From assembly GCA_018396975.1 (NCBI GenBank), contig JAGTQA010000015.1:1-51830 (forward strand): 51,830 nucleotides of DNA, written 5' to 3'. The notes under the pieces are model-generated. The model worked only from the letters and a program-made list of their open reading frames with translations, was not told the DNA's origin and did no database searches. The translations under genes and the position numbers were made by a program. Every line of letters starts with the position of its first letter. Position 1 is the first letter of the stretch. The stretch comes from Candidatus Bathyarchaeota archaeon (GTDB lineage: Archaea > Thermoproteota > Bathyarchaeia > Bathyarchaeales > DTEX01). This document shows, one piece after another, positions 19,255-28,352 of this stretch.

Positions 19255-19839
19255 GTGCATATCTTGCGCCTCCACGTCCACAAGAGGGCGTTTAGGACCC
19301 TAGGGATCTCAGAGAGCTTTGTTAAGGGCTTGAGTGATAAGTCGATCTTGGCCGGCGTCGTCTTTAGGAGCGATGGGATAATTGACGGCTTCACCTTCTC
19401 GAGGGCCACTGTTGGCGGCATGGATGCAACCGAGAAGATTATTGAGATGTATAGGGCTTTAAAGAGGGATGATATAAATGTTCTGATGCTTAATGGCTGC
19501 GTGATAAGCTGGTATAATGTGATTGATTTAGAGATGGTTCATAAGGAGACGTCGATCCCACTTATATGCGCAACATATGAGGAGTCCCCGGGCCTAGAAA
19601 AATACTTCAGGGAGCTGTTTCCAAGCGACTATGAGAGGCGCATCGAGGTCTACCGAAGAAATGGTCCTAGAACGCCCGTGAAACTCCATACTGGACATGA
19701 GATTTACATAAGGTTTCTTGGGATGAGCCTAGATGAGGCGAAAGGCATATTGAATAAGCTTACGTTGCATGGCGCCATACCCGAGCCTCTTAGGGTAGCT
19801 AGGCTGCTGGCTAGGGGAATAATGAGAATGCTATGCTAG
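19255..19839 (+). CDS. UPF0215 (DUF99) endonuclease V-like protein
   Basis: The N-terminal region RTLGISESF ... LAGVVFRSDGIIDGF ... GGMDATE fits the DUF99 family. Confidence 0.65.
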   Translation: MHILRLHVHKRAFRTLGISESFVKGLSDKSILAGVVFRSDGIIDGFTFSRATVGGMDATEKIIEMYRALKRDDINVLMLNGCVISWYNVIDLEMVHKETSIPLICATYEESPGLEKYFRELFPSDYERRIEVYRRNGPRTPVKLHTGHEIYIRFLGMSLDEAKGILNKLTLHGAIPEPLRVARLLARGIMRMLC

Positions 19840-19852
19840 GCATTTGCCAGTC

Positions 19853-19890
19853 GATACCTCCCTATCCTTCCGAATACCCTCTCCTCCCTC
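19853..19890 (+). repeat. 38-nt pyrimidine-rich intergenic element, copy 2
   Basis: GATACCTCCCTATCCTTCCGAATACCCTCTCCTCCCTC, starting 14 nt after the DUF99 stop. It is followed by a 7-bp hairpin at 19894..19917. Confidence 0.8.
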
Positions 19891-19902
19891 AAACCACCAT
19901 CT

Positions 19903-20931
19903 CTAGATGTGTGGTGGGCTTCTACCCGCTCTCTTTAGGGCAAAGCAGATTATCCTCATAATGAACTCCTCAAATGATATTCCGGCGGCTCTTAAGGATC
20001 TCGCGAAGCCCGCCTCCGGCGATATATCAGGGTTTGGGTTAACCTCTAGGACATATGGTTTCTTGGTATTTTTGTCTAGGCGTATGTCGACTCGGGCGTA
20101 GTCTCTACATTGTAGCGCCCTATAGGCTTTTAGGGCCGTCTCTTCAATGGCGCCTTTTAGCTCCGGACTGACCTCTGCTGGGCATATGGGTCTGGTCTTA
20201 GCGTATTCCTCGCTCTCCTTAAGCCATTTCGCTGCATAATCCACTATCTTAGGCTCCTCATCGAAGTCGAAGATTATTTCTGATATTGGTAGGACCGTTG
20301 GCTCCTCATTTCCTAGGATTGATACGTTAAATTCTCTCCCATCAACATACTCCTCTACCAGTGCCGGCTGCTCATAAACCCTATTAATATATTTCACTTG
20401 CCTCTCCAGCTCCCCTAGACTCCTAACAAAGCTATCTCTCGTTATTCCTATGCTTGCATCCTCCCTTAGGGGCTTAACTATGAGCGGAAACCTTAGTTCG
20501 CACTTTACCCGCTCAGCCCATCCATCAATTACTTGATAGTTTGGTGTTGGCACACCATGGGCTCTCAAAATAGCCTTTGCCAAACCTTTATTCTGGCACA
20601 ATCCTAGCGCTAGAGGGCCCGAGCCAGTATATGGTATCCTAAGGACCTCCAGTATGGCAGGTATATGCATCTCAAGGCTACTATCACCCATAAAGCCCTC
20701 ACAGAGATTAATTACAACATCCGGCCTATACCCCCTTAAAACCTTGATGGCCTCCTCAATATCATCCTTTAGTGGAATCTCACAGTATCGGATTCCAAGT
20801 TTTTCTAGGGTCTCTTGGACCGCGCGGACTTGATCTAAGACCTCCACCTCTGCCAGGTAGTTTATGCTCTCGCCTCTAGATGGCCTTCTGGGATAGTTGT
20901 AGAGGATTCCAACTTTGATTGTCAATGACAT
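19903..20931 (-). CDS. D-alanine--D-alanine ligase-family ATP-grasp enzyme
   Basis: Ddl-like organisation (VGILYN..., ATP-grasp core EEYVDGREFNVSILG, LEVNPNPD). Start taken at MSLTIKVG. Confidence 0.75.
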   Translation of the reverse strand: MSLTIKVGILYNYPRRPSRGESINYLAEVEVLDQVRAVQETLEKLGIRYCEIPLKDDIEEAIKVLRGYRPDVVINLCEGFMGDSSLEMHIPAILEVLRIPYTGSGPLALGLCQNKGLAKAILRAHGVPTPNYQVIDGWAERVKCELRFPLIVKPLREDASIGITRDSFVRSLGELERQVKYINRVYEQPALVEEYVDGREFNVSILGNEEPTVLPISEIIFDFDEEPKIVDYAAKWLKESEEYAKTRPICPAEVSPELKGAIEETALKAYRALQCRDYARVDIRLDKNTKKPYVLEVNPNPDISPEAGFARSLRAAGISFEEFIMRIICFALKRAGRSPPHI

Positions 20932-21032
20932 CCCACGCCTCAATGCCTCTAAAAATAATAACAGGATATATTTCTCTATATCCTTGAGGGAGATGTTTAT
21001 TAGGATGGTTCAAGTAATACCTCATTCTAACC

Positions 21033-22877
21033 ATGGTGGCGAAGGCTCTGGTAAGTATTGCTTCAACAACTAAGGCTGCACTTAAGGGAAACATTAGGGT
21101 ACTTGCCATTAGGGACCTTGCTCTAACGGTTATTGCCGGATTGAGCGGTGGACTTGATATACTTTTTGTTAAGGAGGTTTTGGGGGCTGATGCAATAGTC
21201 CTAAGTATGCTTGCATCAATATGGTCGGCTGTCTTCTTAGCCTTCATACTGATAGGTGGATGGATATCAGACCAGTATAGCCGGAAGAAGATGCTTATAG
21301 CCGGTATGATCCTAACATTACCAAACCCATTGATCTTCGCATTTGCCCCAGACTGGCGTATAATTGTTGTAGCCCATTTCCTCGGGGCCATTAGCACGGC
21401 GCTTATTGCACCAGCCCATGTTGCGCTTCTATTCTCCCATTCTGAGCAAAGGACCCGGAGTAGAACAATAGCGCTAATGAACACGATTAATAGTATAGCG
21501 AACATTATTGTTCCACCAATCGGCGCGCTGCTAATACAGAACCTCGGCGGCGGAAACCTAAACTGGATCAGAAACATCTTCCTAGCGCAGTTTTTCCTCA
21601 CTATAGGAGTTCTAGTTTACACGTGGAGAAGACTTGAGGATAAGACTCCGATGGGTAGGAGAGAGCCGAAAAGTCTAACATGCGCCATTAAGGAGATATT
21701 CGGTCAGATGGGCAGAATCTATAGGATATCTAAGGAAAGGGGCGCTACACCATGGCTATTCTTGGCATTAACAGGTCCATGGGCTTGGGAGGCCGTTGCA
21801 CCATTCTGGATAGTCTATGCTGCCGAGGTCTGCGGCTCACCAATAATTATTCTAGGTCTTCTGCCCTCATTCTACAGTTTAACTGCCGCCCTAATAATGC
21901 TTCCATTAGCCGAGATATCTGACAGAAGGGGTAGGAAGAGGGTGATACTCATCGCTAGGCCATTCCTATATCTGTGCATAATCCTACTCCTTATCGGTGG
22001 AACATTCAATAGATGGATAATCGCACCATTTATTCCGCTAATTGCATGGATATTTAGGGCTGTAGGGGATGCATCCGGCCCTTCATGGACCGCCGCATCT
22101 ACAGAGGTTATTCCTGAGGAGTTCCAGAGCGAGTGGGAGGCGACGAGAGACTTTCTATGGAGGAGCATGGCTATACCCGCCGTAATTGTTGGCGGATTAC
22201 TTTGGGATATTGACCCAAGATTGCCGTTCATTATGGCTCTGCTCGTTGATGGGTTGATTAGACTTCCAATTCTAATATATAAGATACCGGAGACCTTGAT
22301 TACCCACGAGCATCATCATCCGACCGGACCACATATAATTTTATACGGCCTGCCGGGCTCGGGTAAAACATCAATTGCACGCCTAGTTCAAAGGGAACTC
22401 TCCCTTGAGGTTGTTGATGAGAGAACCCTCGGTGTTGAAGAGGAGCATAAAGGAACTCCGATTCCCATACCCTTTATAGGAAATAATAATGGTGAGAGGA
22501 AGATTGAGGAGAGATTGAATGCGATCCTATCAAAGAGGGATAGGGCTGTAATAATTGAGGGTGAACCAGCCATATTCGCGGCTAAGGATGAGGATAGAGG
22601 CCTAATTATTATGCTCGTTGCATCGAGAGATGAGAGGATTAGAAGGGAGATCAAGAAGTATGGGGGACCAGACTTCGTGGTCTTCAAGAGGGTTGAGGAG
22701 GAGGATCGGAAAATCGCCAAGCTAACACGCCAACTCTTCGGCGCCGACATCTCTAAGCTCCCACCATTCGATATAGCCATAAATACTGAGAGAATCCCGC
22801 CGGAGAAAATCGTGAAGATAATTGCTCTATTACGTGAGGGGGAGAAGAAGCGAGAAGAGAGCAATCCCAGCGGCTAG
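21033..22877 (+). CDS. MFS transporter fused to a C-terminal archaeal cytidylate-kinase-like P-loop domain
   Basis: The N-terminal ~420 aa form a 12-TM MFS-like region. The C-terminal ~180 aa (from about 22330) carry ILYGLPGSGKTSIARLV and resemble archaeal Cmk/AAA kinases. Confidence 0.7.
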   Translation: MVAKALVSIASTTKAALKGNIRVLAIRDLALTVIAGLSGGLDILFVKEVLGADAIVLSMLASIWSAVFLAFILIGGWISDQYSRKKMLIAGMILTLPNPLIFAFAPDWRIIVVAHFLGAISTALIAPAHVALLFSHSEQRTRSRTIALMNTINSIANIIVPPIGALLIQNLGGGNLNWIRNIFLAQFFLTIGVLVYTWRRLEDKTPMGRREPKSLTCAIKEIFGQMGRIYRISKERGATPWLFLALTGPWAWEAVAPFWIVYAAEVCGSPIIILGLLPSFYSLTAALIMLPLAEISDRRGRKRVILIARPFLYLCIILLLIGGTFNRWIIAPFIPLIAWIFRAVGDASGPSWTAASTEVIPEEFQSEWEATRDFLWRSMAIPAVIVGGLLWDIDPRLPFIMALLVDGLIRLPILIYKIPETLITHEHHHPTGPHIILYGLPGSGKTSIARLVQRELSLEVVDERTLGVEEEHKGTPIPIPFIGNNNGERKIEERLNAILSKRDRAVIIEGEPAIFAAKDEDRGLIIMLVASRDERIRREIKKYGGPDFVVFKRVEEEDRKIAKLTRQLFGADISKLPPFDIAINTERIPPEKIVKIIALLREGEKKREESNPSG

Positions 22878-23047
22878 GATAAGCGATAAAGATTTATGTT
22901 GGGTTGATCATTAGGGGGCTTTGGATTTCACGCTTAGACAATCTAGGGGTCGCGAGGGATTAGATGTGAAGTATCTTTTTAGGCAACTAGGATCCCATTA
23001 CGCCTCAGCCAGTATTGAAGAATTGAAATGTAAGAAGCGGTATTGAT

Positions 23048-23800
23048 ATGGTCTTTTATATTGTATATAGGGCATCAAGGGAGTGTAAAAATAGGGGCGC
23101 ATTATCCAAGCGCCTCAGGAGCCTAGGCTGTAAGCGCGTATGCAGCTCCTTCTGGGAGGTGAATGAACGAAGGATCAACGATGTCCTTAAGGTTGTGGGT
23201 GATAACCAGCCGATACTTCTTAAGAGAACCCGAGACATCAGGAAGCCAGCCTACGACGATGAAGGAAACATAATTGACTTCGGCAGCCTAGTTGTTGTCG
23301 CCTACAATTCTGAGAGAGATGAGAGCGGTAGGGTTAGGAGTCTACTGGCGAGAACACCATATATAAGGCTGTGCCGCTCAGTATATGCCTTCTGCCAGAA
23401 CAGCCATCAATATGATAAGAGAGGCGAAATATTCGATATGAGCCATCTCCTTACACTTATGAGGGAGAGCGATAAGGACATGAAAGTCCTCTCTAGAATA
23501 GTGATTGTAAACAGCGCCGAAACTAAGGACATGCTACTTGAGAGTGTGAAAATGAGAATATTGAAGAGGGTGGAGAAGATACTCAGCGGCTATAGAAACC
23601 TTACATACGCCATTTCAGAGGATAAGATGGAGATAAGGAATGTAATTGAGGAGGAGAGGAGACTCCGCAGCGAGTTCATAGCCCTAAGGAGAATGGCCAT
23701 CTTCTACGAGAGGTGGCTTAAACTCGATTTAGCCAAGGACTTAATGAGGGTTTACTCGGCCATAAGGAAACTCCACTTAATAAAGGTGAATGCAATCTAG
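23048..23800 (+). CDS. hypothetical protein with two Cas2/PaaX_C-like beta-alpha-beta modules and a helical C-terminal domain
   Basis: Two modules are seen: FYIVY..LSKRLRSLGCKRVCSSFWEV and LVVVAY..RVRSLLARTPYIRLCRSVYAF. Both mimic the Cas2 pattern (strand, helix, xRVQxSVFE strand). The call rests on pattern recognition only. Confidence 0.4.
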   Translation: MVFYIVYRASRECKNRGALSKRLRSLGCKRVCSSFWEVNERRINDVLKVVGDNQPILLKRTRDIRKPAYDDEGNIIDFGSLVVVAYNSERDESGRVRSLLARTPYIRLCRSVYAFCQNSHQYDKRGEIFDMSHLLTLMRESDKDMKVLSRIVIVNSAETKDMLLESVKMRILKRVEKILSGYRNLTYAISEDKMEIRNVIEEERRLRSEFIALRRMAIFYERWLKLDLAKDLMRVYSAIRKLHLIKVNAI

Positions 23801-23897
23801 AATACACCCATTAGAGTAGGCTTAGCAAAAATATTGAAAAATTAAAAAAATGTTTTAGGGTTCTAACTGGGTTTTTCTGGAAGAATGAGGTGGGGCT

Positions 23898-24119
23898 CTA
23901 CCACTCTTCCTCCTCTTCCCACTCTTCTTCCTCTTCCTCCCACTCCTCTTCCTCGCCCCAGTCCTCCCACTCTTCCTCTTCTTCCTCTTCCTCCTCCTTT
24001 GGCGGAGTCTTCCTTCTTGACATAGGTTTTTCACCTACCAAAATGATAGGCGCGCGAGAATCAAATAAATCTTTGCCAAAGAACTCGAAGAAACATATGG
24101 GGCAAATCTGAAAAAACAA
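23898..24119 (-). CDS. highly acidic Glu/Trp-repeat micro-protein (likely 41 aa from the ATG at 24023)
   Basis: MSRRKTPPKEEEEEEEEEWEDWGEEEEWEEEEEEWEEEEEW-stop, with AGGTGA 8 nt upstream of the ATG at 24023. GAA and GAG codons are mixed. A mirror Ser-rich ORF exists on the plus strand, so the coding strand is uncertain. Confidence 0.35.
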   Translation of the reverse strand: MFFQICPICFFEFFGKDLFDSRAPIILVGEKPMSRRKTPPKEEEEEEEEEWEDWGEEEEWEEEEEEWEEEEEW

Positions 24120-24252
24120 GCAATTTAAATCCTTCTCTGAACAAATAAAGAGTTTTTTAATATTTTTTTAACTAATTGCGTCTTAAAGCTCCTCTTTAAA
24201 GAGTGAGAGTCTTAAAGGGCGGGTAAAAACCATTCTACTATGACATTTAAAT

Positions 24253-24891
24253 CTACTTTAGGACTTTCCCCGTCTCCATGTACCATAGGTATAGGTCTAG
24301 CTCCCCTAAAGTTAGCCCAGCTTTGCTGGCTATTTCCTCAAGCAGCCTCTCAATTTCCATGTATCGGCGCCTCGTTAGGGTTCTCGGCCTACTAATCAGC
24401 CCATATCTAAGCAGAATATTGATTATGTGGAAGTCTATTATTGCGACGTCCATAAAGCCAATATTTCTGAGGAAGTGGCTGGCCTCCTTATAGCCGATTC
24501 CCCTAACATTCTCAACGAGCCATTCCCTCATAGACTTCCCGCCTCCGGAAGATTTCAGCATATTATATAGGGGATTAATGATTTTTCTAGCCTCAACGAT
24601 ATATCTGGCTCTAGCCTCCGGATAGCGGTGTCCTAGAACTCTGAGCTTCTCAGCCAGCTCGCGCTCCGTGAGGTTTAGAAAGCCATCATTTATCTCCAGC
24701 TGAATTCTCATGCTCCTCTCAGCGCTGAAGTTTGCGGTCAATATGCAGAAGCAGAGTTCCTTGAAGATTTCAGCGGCTGACTTACTCCTATTCGCCATGA
24801 ACTCCCTAATTCTGGCATCGACTAGGCTTCTAACCGCACTATTCTTTAGGCTCTCCACCGCCTCTAATAGGCTGGCTAGGCCACCACACAT
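24253..24891 (-). CDS. ogg: 8-oxoguanine DNA glycosylase/AP lyase (archaeal Ogg2 type, HhH-GPD)
   Basis: CFCILTANFSAE and VRGIGYKEASHFLRNIGFMDVAIIDFHI match the HhH-GPD region of the MjOgg family. Confidence 0.8.
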   Translation of the reverse strand: MCGGLASLLEAVESLKNSAVRSLVDARIREFMANRSKSAAEIFKELCFCILTANFSAERSMRIQLEINDGFLNLTERELAEKLRVLGHRYPEARARYIVEARKIINPLYNMLKSSGGGKSMREWLVENVRGIGYKEASHFLRNIGFMDVAIIDFHIINILLRYGLISRPRTLTRRRYMEIERLLEEIASKAGLTLGELDLYLWYMETGKVLK

Positions 24892-24929
24892 TTTTAGCCG
24901 CCCCAGCCCTGTTTAGGACCCCACTCTTT

Positions 24930-25982
24930 TTAGCATCCCTCCCTCAGCTTAGCTTCAATCTCTTTAGCTACATCAGTGCTCTCGCCATCTAGCGGGTTAA
25001 TCTTTATGTCTAGGGGTGAACCTACGCCAACACCTATCTCTGACGCCCGCCTTATCTGATCTAAATCAAATATTCTCCCGCCCTGCACCTCCCTAGTCGT
25101 CCCATAAATTCTTAAGATTGCCACGCCCACAGCGTCCACGGCAACCCTATCCCTACCAGCGACCAGAAGGCTTGGCTCAATAACCCTTCCCTTCTCCGGC
25201 CCACCTGTGGCAAAGGCTCTCATGGCGTCCATAACGACTAGGTCAACATTATAAAACTTGTTTATCTCGGCTATCATAAGCCTTTGATAGGGGGATGTAT
25301 GGAGCTCAGCCATATAATCATAGTTTTCTCCGGGAACCTGCCTAGCCACTAAGCCAACAGAATTCTTAAGGGACATTGTGAAGTGCCCACCGAACCTATG
25401 GGTCTTTAGGCAGCATGTCTGAACAACCCTATCAGCCTCTAGGAATATTCTTGCGATATAAAAGCCCCTAAGCCAATGGGTTCCCTGCGGTTTAATCTTA
25501 ACCCAATCGTCCCTCCCAGCCTCATCTAAGACTAAAACTTTAAACCCCATCTTCTCAGCCAGATCGAAGACCCCTAGGTGTCTTAGGACATCTCTTGTTC
25601 TACCCATTCCGCTTCGCTCAGCAAGTATTATTTCATCCGCACCAGCATCTCTAAGCCACTCAACTATCACTTTTAGCGTGTCAATATGTGTTGAGGCTGG
25701 GAAGGGGTCAGCACTATTAAAGTTAGCCTTTAAAGCAACCCTCCTACCCCTATAATAGCTCCTATCAAACTGGTCCAGAAGCCTACTCAAACCATACACC
25801 CTATCAGCGGTTTTAATTATGAAGACCTCAGAGCCACCACGCTCATGAATGGTGCCGCCATCCACTTTACTCCCACCCCTAAAGAGAACCGCGGCGCTCC
25901 CTATAGAGCCACCTAACGCCCCAAGTAAGAGCGCTGGGACGGACTTAAGTCTTGAAAGAGGCATTCTCTCAGAAGCCACCAA
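24930..25982 (-). CDS. DUF362 domain protein
   Basis: VALKANFNSADPFPASTH ... CLKTH pattern typical of DUF362, with an N-terminal hydrophobic segment. Confidence 0.6.
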   Translation of the reverse strand: MVASERMPLSRLKSVPALLLGALGGSIGSAAVLFRGGSKVDGGTIHERGGSEVFIIKTADRVYGLSRLLDQFDRSYYRGRRVALKANFNSADPFPASTHIDTLKVIVEWLRDAGADEIILAERSGMGRTRDVLRHLGVFDLAEKMGFKVLVLDEAGRDDWVKIKPQGTHWLRGFYIARIFLEADRVVQTCCLKTHRFGGHFTMSLKNSVGLVARQVPGENYDYMAELHTSPYQRLMIAEINKFYNVDLVVMDAMRAFATGGPEKGRVIEPSLLVAGRDRVAVDAVGVAILRIYGTTREVQGGRIFDLDQIRRASEIGVGVGSPLDIKINPLDGESTDVAKEIEAKLREGC

Positions 25983-25991
25983 GGAGAGGTA

Positions 25992-26267
25992 TTAAGTTTG
26001 ACCGCCCAGCACCTTAAATGTTACTATGGCGCCCTCCTCAGTCTCCTCTATACTCGATATTACAGTGCTAAGTCCCATATCCTCTAGAATAACCCTATAA
26101 TCCTCAATGTAATCGTAGAAGCCGCATGTGTAGCAGAAACTCCCCCTAAACTCTATCTTAAACTCCTCCATGGAGATTGAGACTAAATTTGCCTCGGCCT
26201 CTGGAGACCTATATTTATTATATTCGAGTATGGCGCCCTCAAGGGTCTCCCTTAAGTCCATCGGCAC
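25992..26267 (-). CDS. hypothetical small protein
   Basis: 91-aa ORF packed 14 nt after tfb and 9 nt before the DUF362 gene. No motif recognised. Confidence 0.45.
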   Translation of the reverse strand: MPMDLRETLEGAILEYNKYRSPEAEANLVSISMEEFKIEFRGSFCYTCGFYDYIEDYRVILEDMGLSTVISSIEETEEGAIVTFKVLGGQT

Positions 26268-26281
26268 CCCAACATAATGAT

Positions 26282-27232
26282 CTAGAGTGTTACAATGAAC
26301 ATTAGCCGCTCAATAAGTTCCTTATACCTATTTCTTATAGTTACCTCCGTCACTTTGGCTATCTCCGCAATCTCCCTCTGGGTTCTCTTCTCGCCGATCA
26401 AGACCGATGCAACATAGCTTGCGGCGGCAGCTATACCGGTCGGCCCCCTCCCAGATGTTAGCTTAAGCTCAGATGCAACGGAGAGTATCTTGTTGGCTAT
26501 CTCCTCAACCCTCCCCTGCATTGTAAGCTGGTTTGAGAATTTAGATATGTAATGGCTTGCTTTTAGGGGTGGTACGGATATGTCTAGCTCCTTAACTAGG
26601 AACCGATAGCTTCTTCCAACCTCTCTTTTACTTATATTAGCCGCGTCAGCTATCTCATCTATGGTTCTTGGTAGGCCGCACTGCCTACATGCTATATAAA
26701 CTGCCGCCGCGCTTATCCCCTGAATCGACCTTCCACGTATAAGATGCTCCTTAACGGCCTTCCTATAAATAACTGAACTCGTCTCAAAAACACTCTTTGG
26801 TAGGGAAAGATTATTTACGATCTTCGTTATCTCTGAGAGGGCGAATGCAAGATTCCTCTCTATGGCATCTGAAACCCTTATCCTCCTCTGCCACTTCCTA
26901 AGCCTATACATCTGCGCTCTTTGGCCGGCATCGAATCTCTTGCCTAAGGCATCCCTATCATGCCAGTCAATCACGGTGGATAAACCCTTATCATGTATCG
27001 TGAATGTGACTGGCGCGCCGACCCTAGCCCTCTTATCCCTCTGCTCATTATCAAATGCCCTCCACTCAGGTCCCTGATCAGCTATCTTCATGTCAACCAC
27101 GTAGCCGCATTCCATGCAGACTACTTCGGCGGACTCATAATCGCGCATCAATTTTATGCTGCCGCATTCTGGGCAGCGCTGGATATCCCTCAATATTGGT
27201 GGGAGGGAGCTACTTTCATCCTCTTCGCTCAT
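26282..27232 (-). CDS. tfb: transcription initiation factor B (TFIIB homolog)
   Basis: N-terminal Zn ribbon CPECGS..CMECG, B-reader, and two cyclin repeats. Confidence 0.95.
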   Translation of the reverse strand: MSEEDESSSLPPILRDIQRCPECGSIKLMRDYESAEVVCMECGYVVDMKIADQGPEWRAFDNEQRDKRARVGAPVTFTIHDKGLSTVIDWHDRDALGKRFDAGQRAQMYRLRKWQRRIRVSDAIERNLAFALSEITKIVNNLSLPKSVFETSSVIYRKAVKEHLIRGRSIQGISAAAVYIACRQCGLPRTIDEIADAANISKREVGRSYRFLVKELDISVPPLKASHYISKFSNQLTMQGRVEEIANKILSVASELKLTSGRGPTGIAAAASYVASVLIGEKRTQREIAEIAKVTEVTIRNRYKELIERLMFIVTL

Positions 27233-27488
27233 ATCTATCCTTCCCCTTTAGCTGTTTTGGTTTGGGCAGAACATATAGTGGGCTATTAACAATCTTGTTG
27301 GGGTCAATATCTCCAACAACCTCAACCTCCATGTAAGGGGACTTCACGGGCCCAAAAATGTCCAGAACAACACCTATCGGCCTCTTTTTAATATCGAAAA
27401 CAGTTGAGCCAATCTTTGGGAGAAAATCGATTTTCGCTATAATTCTATTCCCCGGGCCCACATGGAGAGCTTGCCCAATCTTCTTCAA
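27216..27488 (-). CDS. gar1: H/ACA RNP protein Gar1
   Basis: [34 protein letters not shown] is the Gar1 signature, with the conserved gar1-tfb adjacency (17-nt overlap). Confidence 0.85.
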   Translation of the reverse strand: MKKIGQALHVGPGNRIIAKIDFLPKIGSTVFDIKKRPIGVVLDIFGPVKSPYMEVEVVGDIDPNKIVNSPLYVLPKPKQLKGKDRYERRG

Positions 27489-27563
27489 GATGGTACCCCG
27501 CTAGAAAGGAATGGATAAAAAATTCAACTCATCCGGATTATTTAAATGTTTCTTAGGAGTAAT

Positions 27564-27857
27564 CTATGTGCGGCTCTTCACCAGCTCAGCCGCAACCTTC
27601 CTCAGGATCCGCCCCTTACTCCTCCCATTCCTCTTCACGATTATAAAGCCCGATTTAGCCCAGGGAAGCCTAGGATGGGATGCATCCGGAAAAACCTCAT
27701 ATTTTAGGCCTAGATTTTTTAGGGCGCCCTCAATAACGCCTATATTCGGCGATGGGATGCATAGTTTTTTCGGTAGGCGCCTCCCCTCCCTTCTGGTCTT
27801 AAGTGAGTCGAAGTAGACTGGCCAGAGGGTGACTCCATCCCTCTTCCGCACTCCCAA
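27564..27857 (-). CDS. srp19: signal recognition particle protein SRP19
   Basis: LWPVYFDSLKTRREGRRLPK and the ~97 aa length are typical of archaeal SRP19. Confidence 0.85.
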   Translation of the reverse strand: MGVRKRDGVTLWPVYFDSLKTRREGRRLPKKLCIPSPNIGVIEGALKNLGLKYEVFPDASHPRLPWAKSGFIIVKRNGRSKGRILRKVAAELVKSRT

Positions 27858-27905
27858 GCACCCTACAAAATTTATTTCATGTGGCTTAGTGCCTATCGAA
27901 GAATT

Positions 27906-28298
27906 TTACTCTTTCTTGCTAATTAGTATGGCGTTTAAAACTCCCGACTGTCCGGGTCTGGAGGTTACCTTCGCCGTTCCTAGTGGTGTTTCTATTAGGC
28001 AGCCCCTTGTTATTACACCTCTCCTATCATAATCTACATTAGCTGGGTTCTTTATGACCCTAATTATCTCAACCCTCTTCGTCTCACCAGTCTCCGGATC
28101 TGATACGTTCGCCCATTTAGCGCTCACAAGCCTAACTTTTATGTTTCCTCCCCTCCTGCGGCTCACCCTCGTCTTATGCTCGCCTAGCACGGTTTCTGTT
28201 GGGAATGATCCCATCTCATACTTTCGCTTACCTCTATAGGGATTCCTCTTGCCGCCAGTTGGCTTCCTCTTATGTAGGTCACCGTGCCAAACAGACAT
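27906..28298 (-). CDS. rps8e: 30S ribosomal protein S8e
   Basis: WHGDLHKRKPTGGKR ... RRGGNIKVRL ... GVLNAILI. Confidence 0.9.
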   Translation of the reverse strand: MSVWHGDLHKRKPTGGKRNPYRGKRKYEMGSFPTETVLGEHKTRVSRRRGGNIKVRLVSAKWANVSDPETGETKRVEIIRVIKNPANVDYDRRGVITRGCLIETPLGTAKVTSRPGQSGVLNAILISKKE

Positions 28299-28352
28299 TT
28301 ACTTCCCCTTCATCTCTTGAGATTTTAAGTGGCTTCTCCGGCCAATATAAAT

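Noticed and set aside
22990-23047. CRISPR-repeat-like sequence (GTATTGAAGAATTGAAATG) upstream of the Cas2-like ORF
   Set aside because: It occurs only once. There is no repeat-spacer periodicity anywhere in the window.
23898-24023. Acidic micro-protein as a second LysW-type amino-group carrier (contains EDWGE)
   Set aside because: It lacks the LysW zinc ribbon. The EDWGE is internal rather than C-terminal. It is not linked to lysX-type genes. It is kept only as a curiosity.
23890-24111. Ser/His-rich plus-strand ORF (SSSSSHSSSSSSH...)
   Set aside because: It is the mirror image of the Glu/Trp ORF. Poly-Ser of this length is less plausible in archaeal proteins. The minus-strand frame has an ATG with an SD-like sequence and ends exactly at the repeat end. 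The strand choice remains uncertain.
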